A DNA stretch of 64,000 nucleotides from Bdellovibrionales bacterium (GCA_965262715.1 OZ253553.1:1248001-1312000), one strand, 5' to 3'. Positions 31,931 to 42,672 are shown, numbered from the stretch's first letter. Made by a program: numbers and translations. Notes: generated by a model from the sequence alone, not told the origin.

Positions 31931-34900
31931 ATGAAGAGTTAATAGATTGAATAGGATGGATAGATGGCATACAATTTTTTGCTTGGCTTGTTTTAATAAA
32001 ATCAAGAGCTAACATGGCCGGCTGCTCAGTAGAAAAATAACATATGCGGCTTAACATGATAGCACGCCGCAGGTTTTTCAAATGAGGTCTATGGTCTACC
32101 ATAATAGCAAGGTTTATATTTTGAGATTGCAGAAAGTTTAAAAAATGTGTCGTATTTAAATCTTCAAGGTTTTTCTTTTGATATGTAGAAAGTATAATAT
32201 CCTCAATACATTGCTCTTTCACATCACCACTAACATCTCCTACCACACCTACTTTAAAGCCTAAGTCCATAAGTTTCTTAACAATAGATAGGCCATTTTT
32301 TTTACAGGATTGTGGATAACAAACAAGTGCAAATCCTTTTGTAGGGATAGCATTAAAAGCAGCCAATTGAGATTTTCCAAAAGCCAGAGAAAAGTTTTTA
32401 TCCCATCCCATCACCTCACCTGTAGACTTCATCTCAGGACCTAAAACTGTATCCGCACCAGCAAATCTAGAAAAAGGTAGAACCACCTCTTTAAATGAAA
32501 AGTGGTTTAAATGTAGAGGTGGTAGATGAAAATCAACAAGCTTTTTGCCAACCATCACTTGAGAGGCAATAGCTGCAATAGGAACTCCTGTGGATTTTGC
32601 TACAAATGGAGTTGTACGGGATGCCCGAGGATTTACTTCAATCATATAAAGCTTCTCATTACAAACAGCATATTGTACATTCATCAGGCCTTTAACCTTC
32701 AAAGCCTTTGCTAAAACTTCGGTGGTTTTATTGATTTGGACTTGTAGAGACTTTGATAAACTCCAAGGAGGAATTACACAAGCGGAATCTCCAGAGTGAA
32801 TACCTGCAAGTTCAATATGTTCCATAATTCCAGCAATATAAATACTTTCTCCATCATAAATACCATCTACATCAACCTCCACAGCATTTTCTAAAAAACG
32901 ATCTATCAATATAGGTCCATCCAAAATCAATTCTTGATTTTCTTTTAAATATTTCTTTAGACATTGAGCACTTTGAAGAGTGGCCATGGCTTGACCCCCC
33001 AAAACATTTGAAGGACGAATCACAACAGGGTAACCTATCTCATCAATAGCAAGGGATATATCTTCTATTTGATGGCAAATGGTATTTCGAGGCTGAGCTA
33101 TCTCTAACTTTAAAAGCAGTTTTTTCAAACGTTCTCGATTTTCTGCTAAATCAATATTATCAGGAGATGTACCTAAGATAGGGATTTTAGCTTCTTGCAA
33201 AACTTGTGCTAATTTTAAAGAAGTTTGACCTCCAAACTGCACAATCACTCCTAAAAACTGACCTTTTTTTTGTTCCTTATAAATCACTTCTAAAACATAT
33301 TCTGGAAAAAGCCCTTCAAAATAAAGCTTATCAGAAGTGTCATAGTCTGTAGAGACTGTCTCTGGATTGCAATTGATCATAATTGTTTCTAAACCCATAG
33401 CCGATAAACTCTTTGATGCATGTACACATGTGTAGTCAAATTCAATACCTTGTCCGATCCGGTTAGGACCGCTACCAATAATAATGACTTTCTTTTTAGT
33501 AGAAGGAAAAGATTCACACTCTGGATCTGATAAACCATCACCTTCATAACAAGAATACAAATAAGCTGCCTTAGATTCGAATTCACCAGCACAAGTATCC
33601 ACTCTTTTAAAGACCGGTCTGAGGTCAAGCTTGTGCCGCAGTTTTAAAACCTCATCATAACTTTTTGAGGCGAGTTGAGAGAGCCGCATATCAGAGAAAC
33701 CCATCTTTTTTAAACGTAAAAGTTGTATTTTATCTACAGGTAATCCTTCCCTTTGAATTTTTTGCTCTGCATTTACAATTTTTTCAATTTCTGATAAAAA
33801 CCAAGGGTCAATAGCTGTTATTTGATAGATTTCATCAATATCTAAACCCTCTCTAAAACCCTCAGCAATACATAAAATGCGATCAGGTCTAAAAACACCA
33901 AGGGCCTCTTTTAAGATAGCTTGTCTCTCTTCTTTTGTTTCAGCTTCCTTCAGTCCTTCAATTGAAGGAGTCTCAAGTCCCTTAAGCCCTATCTCTAAGC
34001 TGCAAAACCCTTTTTGCAGGCTTTCTGCAAAGCTCCGGCCAATGGACATCACTTCTCCAACAGATTGCATAGAAGTAGATAAAACAGATGCTGTTTCTTT
34101 AAATTTTTCAAAATTAAAACGAGGGATTTTTGTCACAATGTAATCAATAGAAGGCTCAAATGAAATAGGAGTAACTTGTGTGATATCATTTTGGATTTCA
34201 TCAAGTGTGTAACCAATAGCTAGTTTAGCAGCTACTTTGGCAATAGGAAATCCAGTCACTTTAGACGCAAGTGCAGAAGACCTAGAAACCCTGGGATTCA
34301 TTTCTATAATGAGCATTCTCCCATTGCGAGGGTTAACAGCAAACTGCACATTAGATCCACCTGTCTCTACACCAATTTCTCTTAAAACAGCAATAGAAGC
34401 ATCACGCATTTTTTGATATTCTTTATCTGTTAATGTAAGAGCAGGAGCAACTGTAATACTATCCCCTGTGTGCACTCCCATAGGATCTATATTTTCGATA
34501 GAACAAATAATAATAGCTGTATCTTTACAGTCACGCACAACCTCCATTTCATATTCTTTCCAACCTAAAATAGACTCATTGATCAAAACTTGATTTGTCG
34601 GAGATAAATCTAACCCGTAATTAAGAACTTCTTTAAACTCATCTAAATTATAGGCAACTCCTCCTCCACTTCCACCTAAGGTGAAAGAAGGACGTAGAAT
34701 AGCAGGCAAGCCAATATGTTCTAACTCTTTTAAACCCTCTTCCAAGCAGTGCACAATAGCACTTTTTGGAACTTCAAGACCAATCCTTTCCATAGCTTCA
34801 TTAAACATTTGACGATCTTCAGCTTTCTCAATGGCCTCTGGCTTAGCACCAATCATTAGAACACCATGCTTATCTAAAATACCTTCTTTCCAAAGCTGGA

Positions 34901-35198
34901 GACCACAATTTAATGCAGTTTGTCCTCCAACTGTACTTAGCAGAGCATCTACTTTTTCCTTGATGATAATTTTTTCAACAGACTTAACAGTAATAGGTTC
35001 AATATAAGTGGCATCTGCAACTTCAGGGTCTGTCATAATGGTTGCAGGATTTGAATTGACCAAAACAACCCTTAAGCCTTCTTCTTTAAGAGCTTTACAA
35101 GCTTGTGTGCCAGAATAATCAAATTCACAAGCTTGCCCAATAACAATAGGACCTGCCCCAATGACTAAAACAGAGGAAATGTTTTCTTGCTTAGGCAT
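31908..35198 (-). CDS. carB: carbamoyl-phosphate synthase large subunit
   Basis: [57 protein letters not shown]. Confidence 0.98.
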   Translation of the reverse strand: MPKQENISSVLVIGAGPIVIGQACEFDYSGTQACKALKEEGLRVVLVNSNPATIMTDPEVADATYIEPITVKSVEKIIIKEKVDALLSTVGGQTALNCGLQLWKEGILDKHGVLMIGAKPEAIEKAEDRQMFNEAMERIGLEVPKSAIVHCLEEGLKELEHIGLPAILRPSFTLGGSGGGVAYNLDEFKEVLNYGLDLSPTNQVLINESILGWKEYEMEVVRDCKDTAIIICSIENIDPMGVHTGDSITVAPALTLTDKEYQKMRDASIAVLREIGVETGGSNVQFAVNPRNGRMLIIEMNPRVSRSSALASKVTGFPIAKVAAKLAIGYTLDEIQNDITQVTPISFEPSIDYIVTKIPRFNFEKFKETASVLSTSMQSVGEVMSIGRSFAESLQKGFCSLEIGLKGLETPSIEGLKEAETKEERQAILKEALGVFRPDRILCIAEGFREGLDIDEIYQITAIDPWFLSEIEKIVNAEQKIQREGLPVDKIQLLRLKKMGFSDMRLSQLASKSYDEVLKLRHKLDLRPVFKRVDTCAGEFESKAAYLYSCYEGDGLSDPECESFPSTKKKVIIIGSGPNRIGQGIEFDYTCVHASKSLSAMGLETIMINCNPETVSTDYDTSDKLYFEGLFPEYVLEVIYKEQKKGQFLGVIVQFGGQTSLKLAQVLQEAKIPILGTSPDNIDLAENRERLKKLLLKLEIAQPRNTICHQIEDISLAIDEIGYPVVIRPSNVLGGQAMATLQSAQCLKKYLKENQELILDGPILIDRFLENAVEVDVDGIYDGESIYIAGIMEHIELAGIHSGDSACVIPPWSLSKSLQVQINKTTEVLAKALKVKGLMNVQYAVCNEKLYMIEVNPRASRTTPFVAKSTGVPIAAIASQVMVGKKLVDFHLPPLHLNHFSFKEVVLPFSRFAGADTVLGPEMKSTGEVMGWDKNFSLAFGKSQLAAFNAIPTKGFALVCYPQSCKKNGLSIVKKLMDLGFKVGVVGDVSGDVKEQCIEDIILSTYQKKNLEDLNTTHFLNFLQSQNINLAIMVDHRPHLKNLRRAIMLSRICYFSTEQPAMLALDFIKTSQAKNCMPSIHPIQSINSSFKIISGR

Positions 35199-36378
35199 TA
35201 TGTACCGCTAGATCTTTTAGTTTAGATTGTTGAATCATATTATAAAACTCTTTAAATAAATAAGTACTATCATGAGGACCAGGAGAGTTTTCTGGATGAT
35301 ATTGGACTGCAAAAGCATATTTTGTTCTATGACGAATTCCCTCAACTGTTCCATCAAATAGAGACTCATGTGTGATTTCTATATGATCTGGTATAACTTC
35401 CTTCGAAACACAAAAACAATGATTTTGACTGGTGATTTCTACAGATTGATTTTTTAAATTCTTCACAGGATGATTTGCTCCTATATGACCACAGTGCAAT
35501 TTAAGAGTATTCAATCCACAAGTCAAAGCTAAGAGCTGACTGCCTAAACATATACCAAATAAAGGAATATTGTACTCCAAAATCTGAGAGATTACCTCTT
35601 GCGCATAAACAAAAGTGGCAAAAGGATCTCCAGGACCATTAGACAAAAAAATACCATCAGGATGGTGCTTCATAATATCCTTAAAAGGTGTAAGAGAAGA
35701 GACAACAGTCACATCAAAGTTATTGCTTACCAAATGTCTTAAAATATTTCTTTTAATACCATAATCTATAACAACGACATGATACTTTTCACCTACTTGC
35801 TCTACATCTTTTTGCTCATAAAGACCTTCATGCCATTTATACACTTGTCTCATAGAAGCTTGAGAGGCTAATTCTTGCCCAACGAGAGTCGGATAACTTT
35901 TAAGCTGCTTAAAAAGAGTATCTATAGATACACTTTCACCTTTTTGAAGGTAACAAATAAAAGCATTTTGTGGAGTTCCTTTTGCCATTTTTCGCGTTAG
36001 AAACCGTGTATCGATATCAGAGATACCCACCACATTCTGCTCCTTTAACCAACTAGACAAAGAAGACTCGGCACGGTAATTTGACGGTTCTGTAATAGAG
36101 TGTCTTAAAACCAAGCCATTACAAAACACTCTTTGAGACTCATTATCTTGAAGATTACATCCGACGTTTCCAATGTGTGGAAATGTAAAAGTAATGATCT
36201 GTCCTAAATAAGACGGATCAGTTAAAATTTCTTGATATCCTGTCATAGAAACATTGAAACAAATTTCTCCTTTTGCTATTCCATGAACTCCCACACCCTG
36301 GCCAAATAAAACAGATCCATCAGATGTTAACAAAACAGCATCAAACAAGTCATCCGCAGTGAATGTGGTTTCTTTCAA
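35191..36378 (-). CDS. carA: carbamoyl-phosphate synthase small subunit
   Basis: [34 protein letters not shown] start at 36378 with GGAGG RBS (ORF track extends to 36408). Confidence 0.97.
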   Translation of the reverse strand: MKETTFTADDLFDAVLLTSDGSVLFGQGVGVHGIAKGEICFNVSMTGYQEILTDPSYLGQIITFTFPHIGNVGCNLQDNESQRVFCNGLVLRHSITEPSNYRAESSLSSWLKEQNVVGISDIDTRFLTRKMAKGTPQNAFICYLQKGESVSIDTLFKQLKSYPTLVGQELASQASMRQVYKWHEGLYEQKDVEQVGEKYHVVVIDYGIKRNILRHLVSNNFDVTVVSSLTPFKDIMKHHPDGIFLSNGPGDPFATFVYAQEVISQILEYNIPLFGICLGSQLLALTCGLNTLKLHCGHIGANHPVKNLKNQSVEITSQNHCFCVSKEVIPDHIEITHESLFDGTVEGIRHRTKYAFAVQYHPENSPGPHDSTYLFKEFYNMIQQSKLKDLAVHNA

Positions 36379-36602
36379 GATATTTCCTCCCAACTTTTTC
36401 TCAGCCAATTCGGAAAATCACCTATTGTTAGAAACTTTATACACTTTAAAGAGAGTTTTTGTATATTTATTTGAAGAATATTTTTATTTAAATATCTGCC
36501 TTGTTCATCTATCTGCCAATATGCCAGCCAACTAGATAACCAATTTGCCAGATGGCTAGCTTGCCTACAACTCATTTGTATCTTTAGGACTATATTCGTC
36601 AA
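36375..36602 (-). CDS. candidate 75-aa leader ORF coupled to carA
   Basis: AAGGAG 5 nt before TTG; stop overlaps the carA start (TTGA); no recognisable domain. Confidence 0.3.
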   Translation of the reverse strand: MTNIVLKIQMSCRQASHLANWLSSWLAYWQIDEQGRYLNKNILQINIQKLSLKCIKFLTIGDFPNWLRKSWEEIS

Positions 36603-36623
36603 AATATCTCCTTAAGATTTACC

Positions 36624-36693
36624 TCACTGGTGACTCGTCACTGGTGACTTGTCATTAATGACTCATTATTAGTGACTCATTACTAGTGACTCA
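36624..36693. repeat. array of 10 heptamers (14-bp period x5)
   Basis: TCACTGG TGACTCG TCACTGG TGACTTG TCATTAA TGACTCA TTATTAG TGACTCA TTACTAG TGACTCA. Confidence 0.85.
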
Positions 36694-36946
36694 TTTTCGA
36701 CTTTTTCTACATTTTGTTATTGTTGATGATTAATAGAAAGAAGTAAAGCTTCTTTTAGAGACAGTTTATCATCTTTTTGCTTTTTTATTTAAAATTTCCA
36801 TGACTCTAATTACTGTTTGTATCTATTTGATTAACATAAAATGTTATAATATAAGTCAATACATGATAATTTTGAATACTTTATATACACCTTGTATAAG
36901 AAATTGACAAATTCTTAAAATAAAACATAGTTGATCAAGTTTTAAA

Positions 36947-36970
36947 AAAGCCTTGATTTTACAAGGCTTT
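36947..36970. promoter_or_regulatory. dyad AAAGCCTTG-ATTTTA-CAAGGCTTT, candidate enhancer/IHF site
   Basis: Core CTTGATTTTACAAG also at 53194-53207, upstream of the other sigma54-type promoter. Confidence 0.45.
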
Positions 36971-37040
36971 AAGAGTTTCTTTTTTCTATCATAGACATTT
37001 TATATTTCAAAATGATTTATAAAAATACCAGTTTAAGGTA

Positions 37041-37056
37041 TGGCATCTCTTTTGCT
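37041..37056 (+). promoter_or_regulatory. sigma54 (-24/-12) promoter
   Basis: TGGCATCTCTTTTGCT: GG-N10-GC, ~58 nt upstream of the ATG. Confidence 0.7.
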
Positions 37057-37113
37057 GTAATAACTACTAGGCATATTTTTATTAACACTTAATGTATAAC
37101 TTGGAGGTTATAA

Positions 37114-38082
37114 ATGGACAAAAAATTAATTATCACCAATCTTTTATCTGTCACCATAGCAATTACAGGGACCTTATTTGCCGTTGGATGTGCTAATGAC
37201 AAAAAACCAGCAGCAGACCTTGAGGAAGATAGCAGAGATGCTGTTGCATCTGAAGACACTTATAAGGAAGATGTTCAAGAGCTTGCAGAAGCACTTTATT
37301 CAGAAGGACGACTTCATCAACATGTAAACCCATTTGATCTTGAAATTGAAAAAGTTTCAAATCACTCCTTCAGGATAAACGAAGATACTTTGCCAGCACA
37401 AGACGAGCAAAATGGCTACAAATTCTTTAAAGCTGGTGATAACCTTTATCTTATTAAAGAAACAGCAGACGGTTTTGAAGGTGAAGTCCATATTTCTACT
37501 GAGTTAGCAACAGAGGCTGATATAGAACAAACCGTTGTTAAAGCATTCTTTAAAAGCGTTACCATAGCAAATGCTTCTCAAGTTCAAACAGATTTGCAAA
37601 ATCTTGCTAATACAAACGCTAAGCTTAATCTTTTTGCTACATATTGGAATGCAGATGAAGATCAAGTAGTATCTAGTCAAGGACTACAACTTGTAGAAAC
37701 AATTAAAAGTTCTATCCAATTAACTCCTAATCAAGATCACTCAGATCCTGGCAGTGCAAATTATCCAGTAGATATTACCTTTAATTTTAATAGTACAGAA
37801 TCGAATCATGAGGCCGTGATAGAAGAAGGGTTACAATCTTTGTTTGCGAAAAGTTTTTCTATAAGAAGTGCCCCAGGTCTTGATCCAGTCTATATAGCTT
37901 TTGATATCAAAATAAAAGAGAGTCTTACTTCAGAAGAAGAGACAAAGACATTAGAGATCAGGCATACTAATAATGACAATACAGCTCAAGTAGTCGATTC
38001 TGGTGATCAAACTACACAAGAAGAAGAAGCACAAGTGGCTGCAGAAGTACAAGATGATACTGATGCAGAGGAACAGTTGTAA
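37114..38082 (+). CDS. acidic lipoprotein, unknown function
   Basis: GGAGG RBS; lipobox AVGC. Confidence 0.8.
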   Translation: MDKKLIITNLLSVTIAITGTLFAVGCANDKKPAADLEEDSRDAVASEDTYKEDVQELAEALYSEGRLHQHVNPFDLEIEKVSNHSFRINEDTLPAQDEQNGYKFFKAGDNLYLIKETADGFEGEVHISTELATEADIEQTVVKAFFKSVTIANASQVQTDLQNLANTNAKLNLFATYWNADEDQVVSSQGLQLVETIKSSIQLTPNQDHSDPGSANYPVDITFNFNSTESNHEAVIEEGLQSLFAKSFSIRSAPGLDPVYIAFDIKIKESLTSEEETKTLEIRHTNNDNTAQVVDSGDQTTQEEEAQVAAEVQDDTDAEEQL

Positions 38083-38144
38083 GTGAAAAAGATGTGGGTT
38101 TGTGAACAATAATAGAAACTAAAAGTCTAAACCTCATCATCTAT

Positions 38145-38186
38145 AACAAAAAAAGGGTAAGTCCAATAAGGCTTACCTTTTTTGTT
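38145..38186 (+). terminator. rho-independent terminator
   Basis: AACAAAAAAAGGGTAAG...CTTACCTTTTTTGTT. Confidence 0.8.
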
Positions 38187-38259
38187 TTTAAAATAACTAT
38201 TTCTTCCCTATTATGAATAGTTCAAGTAAATAAATACTTCTAATAATCTATATTTCTTT

Positions 38260-38377
38260 CCGAGAAACCGGCAGTCGGGCAAGCTGGCAGACAAGCAGTC
38301 AGTTCCCGGGAACCGATTCCGGATTGCCAGATTGCCAGATCCCGGGAAAAACGATTCTTAAGTAGTTATGAACTTAA
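38260..38377 (-). repeat. GC-rich repeat element (family 2), reverse copy
   Basis: Reverse complement begins TTAAGTTCATAACTACTTAAGAATCG, like 9204. Confidence 0.7.
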
Positions 38378-38379
38378 GA

Positions 38380-38724
38380 TTAACTCACAATAGGTGAAGA
38401 AAGACGTTTTCCACCAAGAATATGAAAATGTAAGTGATCAATCTCCTGTCCACCATATTCTTTACAATTAACTATAACTCGGTACCCTTTTTCATCTATA
38501 CCAGCTGCCTTTGCAATCTCTGGAATCTTTGAAATGAGATGACCCATAAGCTGAACATCTCCACCTTTCACTTCCTGTATACTAGGTATCTCTTTTTTTG
38601 GGATCAAAAGAATATGCACAGGAGCTTGCGGATGAATATCATTAAACGCTAAGCAGTGTTCATCTTCAAAAACAATTTTTGCAGGTATCTTCTTATCAAT
38701 GATCTGACTAAAAATAGTTGACAT
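38380..38724 (-). CDS. histidine triad (HIT) nucleotide-binding protein
   Basis: TIFSQII...IP, DIHPQAPVH, HLHFHILGG. Confidence 0.95.
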   Translation of the reverse strand: MSTIFSQIIDKKIPAKIVFEDEHCLAFNDIHPQAPVHILLIPKKEIPSIQEVKGGDVQLMGHLISKIPEIAKAAGIDEKGYRVIVNCKEYGGQEIDHLHFHILGGKRLSSPIVS

Positions 38725-38738
38725 AAAATATCTCCCTT

Positions 38739-38892
38739 CTGTTTCCCTAAAAATAGTCTCGCCTCTGGCGACTTTCTGTCATTGCCCTCAGACGTGCCTA
38801 CGCCGTCTGGCAAATAGGGCAATGCCTAGAAAGCCTGACCATTTTTAGGATGTGGAGACTCCCCTCATTCTTTAACACAATGTTAAGGAAAT
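38739..38892 (+). repeat. hairpin module copy
   Basis: CTGTTTCCCTAAAAAT...GCCTCTGGC...ATTTTTAGG...TTAACACAATGTTAAGGAAA. Confidence 0.85.
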
Positions 38893-38957
38893 CATTTATT
38901 ACCTTATTTCCTATCTCCTTCTCTCCAACAAATCATACTAAATCTTTTCATAGCATT

Positions 38958-39056
38958 TAAGATTTGATGTTTTAAGCCAAAGACGAGCTCTTCCGCAGAG
39001 TGATTGCTGTAAGGCAATCACTCGAGGACTTCGAGGATTGGATTAAAATATCAAAA
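38958..39056. repeat. long palindromic element
   Basis: TTTGATGTTTTAAGCCAA/TTGGATTAAAATATCAAA outer stem, GAGTGATTGC/GCAATCACTC inner stem. Confidence 0.65.
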
Positions 39057-39064
39057 TCATTGCT

Positions 39065-39514
39065 TTAAAGATTTTTTCTTTTCTCATCACTACTCTTATC
39101 TTTTATTTTGTCTTTTATTTTGTCTTTAGTTTCTTTTGCAGAGGATGGTTGTTTTCTCTCTACTTCTATACTCAACTTAAGTTTATGAGTGTCTAAGACC
39201 TTGAAAATATTCTTTTGAAAAGTTGAACTGTTAATGGTTTTGATGATCTCAACAGCCACATCCTTACTGATATAATTTAAAATTTGATCTTTAGAAGACA
39301 TTGCGCTTTCTAAAAGAGGTTTTAGCAATTCTTTTGGCAACTTAATGTCCCCTAACGCTGTTTTTATACCTTCTTCCGTTAGAAAAGAGGCAGTAGAACC
39401 TACAGTAAATAATCGCTTTAAACCATCTGCGAAAGATTTGATCTTTGAGTTTTCATAATTTATTTTTTCCTCTTGATGGTCATGTTCGGATTTATCTTTT
39501 TGATCCTTATCCAT
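39065..39514 (-). CDS. hypothetical protein
   Basis: Start overlaps the upstream stop; FLTEEGIK..LGDIKLPKELL core. Confidence 0.75.
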   Translation of the reverse strand: MDKDQKDKSEHDHQEEKINYENSKIKSFADGLKRLFTVGSTASFLTEEGIKTALGDIKLPKELLKPLLESAMSSKDQILNYISKDVAVEIIKTINSSTFQKNIFKVLDTHKLKLSIEVERKQPSSAKETKDKIKDKIKDKSSDEKRKNL

Positions 39515-39938
39515 AAAGCTCGACAACCCTCTTATGATAAGACTTCATCATGTTAGGAAGATTGATCTGAAGCAAAGTATTAGTAATGCTTCTTGGAATA
39601 AAAACCTTAAACTGACAATCTATATGAAAAGTTGCACAGCACCTATCAGATAAATCTTCTAATTTCCAATAACCTTTATTTGATTTAAAAATAGATCCTC
39701 CTGCAAATTCCCAATCTATCCGGTAAGAAGCTGCATCTTCTTTCATCCAAAGCTTGTAGGTAAAAGACTTTATAAGTTGAACATCATATTCAACAAGCTT
39801 TTTGCTGTTTTCCTCTTTGATAATCTGACAATGAGAAATTTCAGATAAAAAATTAGGATACTTTTCATAATCTGTAACAATTTTATAAAAATTATCCGTA
39901 GAACAAGAAAAAACCTCATTTACTGTTATACTTGCCAT
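39507..39938 (-). CDS. SRPBCC/START (polyketide cyclase, RatA-like) protein
   Basis: VTDYEKYPNFL, FKSNKGYW.L. Confidence 0.85.
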   Translation of the reverse strand: MASITVNEVFSCSTDNFYKIVTDYEKYPNFLSEISHCQIIKEENSKKLVEYDVQLIKSFTYKLWMKEDAASYRIDWEFAGGSIFKSNKGYWKLEDLSDRCCATFHIDCQFKVFIPRSITNTLLQINLPNMMKSYHKRVVELYG

Positions 39939-40288
39939 GATATGCCCCAATCAACTCTTAAGTCCTAAACTATCATATCTATTTTTAAAAAAACTGCAAG
40001 TTTATAATTCCCACACAAAATATTTGCACCGCCTCTAACATAAATAGCTTTTTGGTCTTTTAATTTATCTTTTACAATTCAAGCTTTTGTGCTCAACTTC
40101 ACAAGCTGATGCTATCATTTTAACTGTTATCAGAGAAGAGACACTGTTTCCCCCTCGATGCCTCTTTCAGCTTCTTGAAAAGCTAACACTTTTCAAGAAG
40201 TTCAGACATCTCGTGGAGATCAGTATCGAGTCTCATGGGCATAAGCATCAACTTTACCTATTTATAGGGTAATAAAATGCTCATTCAT

Positions 40289-41335
40289 TTATGAAGTGCT
40301 ATTAATAAGAAGAGAAATACAAAAAACTTGAGGTAAGGTCACTAGCGGTAAAAAAAGAGCAATTTTCCATGATTTACAGTTTTCTTTAATAACCATAATC
40401 TCTGTATAATCTGTTGATACTCCTGTCATTAAAAAAGCAAATGTATTTCCAGGAGCCTGCTTCATAAACTCAGCAGCAATAGGAGTTGACCCTTCTGAAC
40501 AAACCTCTATTATTGAAGATATTAAAATAGTTAATAGTAATCCTAAAAAAGTTGGTCCAAAATAATTGGCAAATATATCATGAGGAACAAAAGTCCTAAT
40601 AGCACTAGCTATTATAACACCAAAAAATGTCCACTTGATAATAATTGTCGAACCTTGAAATCCTTTTTGCAAAAGAGATAAAAGGAAACTCCAATGAAAC
40701 TTCTTGCCTTTTAATAATGACCAAAGTTCTCCTTTTAGGTGAAAATCTTTAGGAGCTTTATAGCTATTGGGATTTACTGGTAAGACTTTTTTTCTAACTA
40801 AAGAGTCAAAAATAAAGCCTGATATCAATGCAATAACAGCAGATAATAAGATAAAATACAATGTCCACTTCCATCCAATAAGAGTTATAAGTATGAGAGA
40901 TAAAGAAAAAGAATTCCATGGACTGGCGATCAAAAACGCCATCATTTGTCCTAAACTAGCTCCCCTCTCATAAAGTTTAACTCCTATCATCAAAATACCA
41001 TGACTGCACATATCTAAAAACAAACCAGCCATAACAGCTCTTAACAAACCCTTGAAGCTCCCAGCTGGACCTAAAATACTCATTACGATTTCTCGAGGCA
41101 CATAACTTAATAGACCCACAGAAATAATCCCCATAGCAATCCCTATCCACATCTGTTTTAAGAGCATGTACTCAGAATGAACAAAAATGTAAAGTTGAGA
41201 TGATAAAGAAAAATTAAGCCATAAAGAAATAAGATAAAAACAGGCTCCACCTAGGGTAACTAGACTAAAAAACCAAAGAAAATAGTCTCTTGGCACAAAA
41301 GAATCACATTCTGAATCTTCACAAGATGATTTCAA
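40289..41335 (-). CDS. predicted permease (DUF318/ArsP-like)
   Basis: Two CS motifs (DMCSHG, EVCSEGSTPIA), GASLG..MAFLIASP, many TMs. Confidence 0.8.
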   Translation of the reverse strand: MKSSCEDSECDSFVPRDYFLWFFSLVTLGGACFYLISLWLNFSLSSQLYIFVHSEYMLLKQMWIGIAMGIISVGLLSYVPREIVMSILGPAGSFKGLLRAVMAGLFLDMCSHGILMIGVKLYERGASLGQMMAFLIASPWNSFSLSLILITLIGWKWTLYFILLSAVIALISGFIFDSLVRKKVLPVNPNSYKAPKDFHLKGELWSLLKGKKFHWSFLLSLLQKGFQGSTIIIKWTFFGVIIASAIRTFVPHDIFANYFGPTFLGLLLTILISSIIEVCSEGSTPIAAEFMKQAPGNTFAFLMTGVSTDYTEIMVIKENCKSWKIALFLPLVTLPQVFCISLLINSTS

Positions 41336-41372
41336 TTTTAAGATCTCCCTTTCTCACTATCTTCTAATAAAA

Positions 41373-41407
41373 AATAAAAAGTCCCACATCAAGTGGAACT
41401 TTTTATT
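41373..41407 (-). terminator. rho-independent terminator of the histone-like gene
   Basis: AATAAAAAGTCCCAC...GTGGAACTTTTTATT. Confidence 0.7.
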
Positions 41408-41460
41408 GACGCTCTGTAATAAGAAAGCATCTTGCAAATAAAAAAAAGTAAATCTAAAAC

Positions 41461-41700
41461 TTATCTCTTTTTACGAGTTGTCTTTTTAGACGTAGCCTTT
41501 CTTCTAGTTGTCTTTTTCTTAGCTGCAGGTCTCTTTTTTGCCACTTTCTTCTTAGTCTTTTTTGCAACAGCTTTCTTTTTAACTACCTTCTTCTTTGTAA
41601 TTCTTGCTTTTGTGACCCTCTTCTTTGCTGTTGTTTTCCTAGTTACAGTTCTTTTCTTAGCTTTTGCTTTTGCTGTTGATTTTCTAGTTTTTGCTGCCAT
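41461..41700 (-). CDS. Lys/Arg/Ala/Thr-rich histone H1-like basic protein
   Basis: GAGGAG RBS, 79 aa, about half K+R, no acidic residues, own terminator. Confidence 0.85.
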   Translation of the reverse strand: MAAKTRKSTAKAKAKKRTVTRKTTAKKRVTKARITKKKVVKKKAVAKKTKKKVAKKRPAAKKKTTRRKATSKKTTRKKR

Positions 41701-41996
41701 GATAACTCTCCTCAGTTTTTAAAAACAAATAAGCAAGCTTAAAAAGCATATTTGCTCATTTTTGTTTACATTTTTTAATGACCTTTATAACAAGGTTCAC
41801 CGCTATGACTAGCTTGGTCAACAAAAAATTTTATTTTTTTTCATTTTTTTTTCACTTTTTTTCATTTTTAGCATCTTTCTTGCTTATAAAAAGAATAAAA
41901 AAGGTGAAAACTATGCTTTTTAAGTTTTTATTTTTATTTTCCGGCTTTTTAACCATAAGCCGGAACATTTATATTGTTTTAGGCTTACTTGGATTA

Positions 41997-42662
41997 ATGA
42001 ATTTACTTTCTTCTATAAGAATCTGTTCTCTTATTATAACAATTTTTTGTCTTATCATGTTTTTCATTTTTCAATTAGAGGCTCCACTTAATTATTTTAT
42101 CTTTAGCCTTTTATCTTTATCTTCCTTTCTTTTAAAGCCACTTGCCCAATCTTACCTAAAACAAAAGATGCAATATCATTTAAACCATATTCTTAATATC
42201 TTGGTTTTAAAAATGAGATCAGGGCACTCATTTTCAAGTGCTTTTCAAAGTATTTGCAAAGAAAACGACACAATTATTCAAAAAAAACTACGTAATATAG
42301 CTAGCCTATTAAAGTACTGGAATGAAAAACAAGTTAAAACTCTGAAAGGGTTTGATCTAGAAATTGTTCTACGACTTCATGAAATCATGCAATCTTCTTC
42401 GCACCGTTTAAACCAAGTCATCCATTTAAGAAATGAGATAAAAATGAGGAATGACTTTCAAAAACAATCTATTCAAGCAGCCCTACAAACACGTCTACAA
42501 AGTCTATTATTGATTGGAATTTATATCGTCATTGCTATTTTGATGTCAAAAACCTATGGATTTGATCTGGTGAAATTATGGATATTTCTTTCCTTACTTC
42601 CAATGCTTTTAGGCACATATATATTGATGACCATCCCAAAGAGATTCAAATGGAAAATATAA
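41997..42662 (+). CDS. TadB-like (type II secretion F-domain) membrane protein
   Basis: L.LKMRSGHSF..A, Q.RLQ followed by two TMs; start uncertain (ORF open from 41778). Confidence 0.6.
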   Translation: MNLLSSIRICSLIITIFCLIMFFIFQLEAPLNYFIFSLLSLSSFLLKPLAQSYLKQKMQYHLNHILNILVLKMRSGHSFSSAFQSICKENDTIIQKKLRNIASLLKYWNEKQVKTLKGFDLEIVLRLHEIMQSSSHRLNQVIHLRNEIKMRNDFQKQSIQAALQTRLQSLLLIGIYIVIAILMSKTYGFDLVKLWIFLSLLPMLLGTYILMTIPKRFKWKI

Positions 42663-42672
42663 AGGAGTTAGA

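Noticed and set aside
36659..36693. eukaryotic AP-1/GCN4 sites (TGACTCA x3)
   Set aside because: Bacterial context; explained by the heptamer tandem array
41432..41722. 96-aa hydrophobic ORF on + strand
   Set aside because: Antisense shadow of the Lys-rich gene, which has the RBS and terminator
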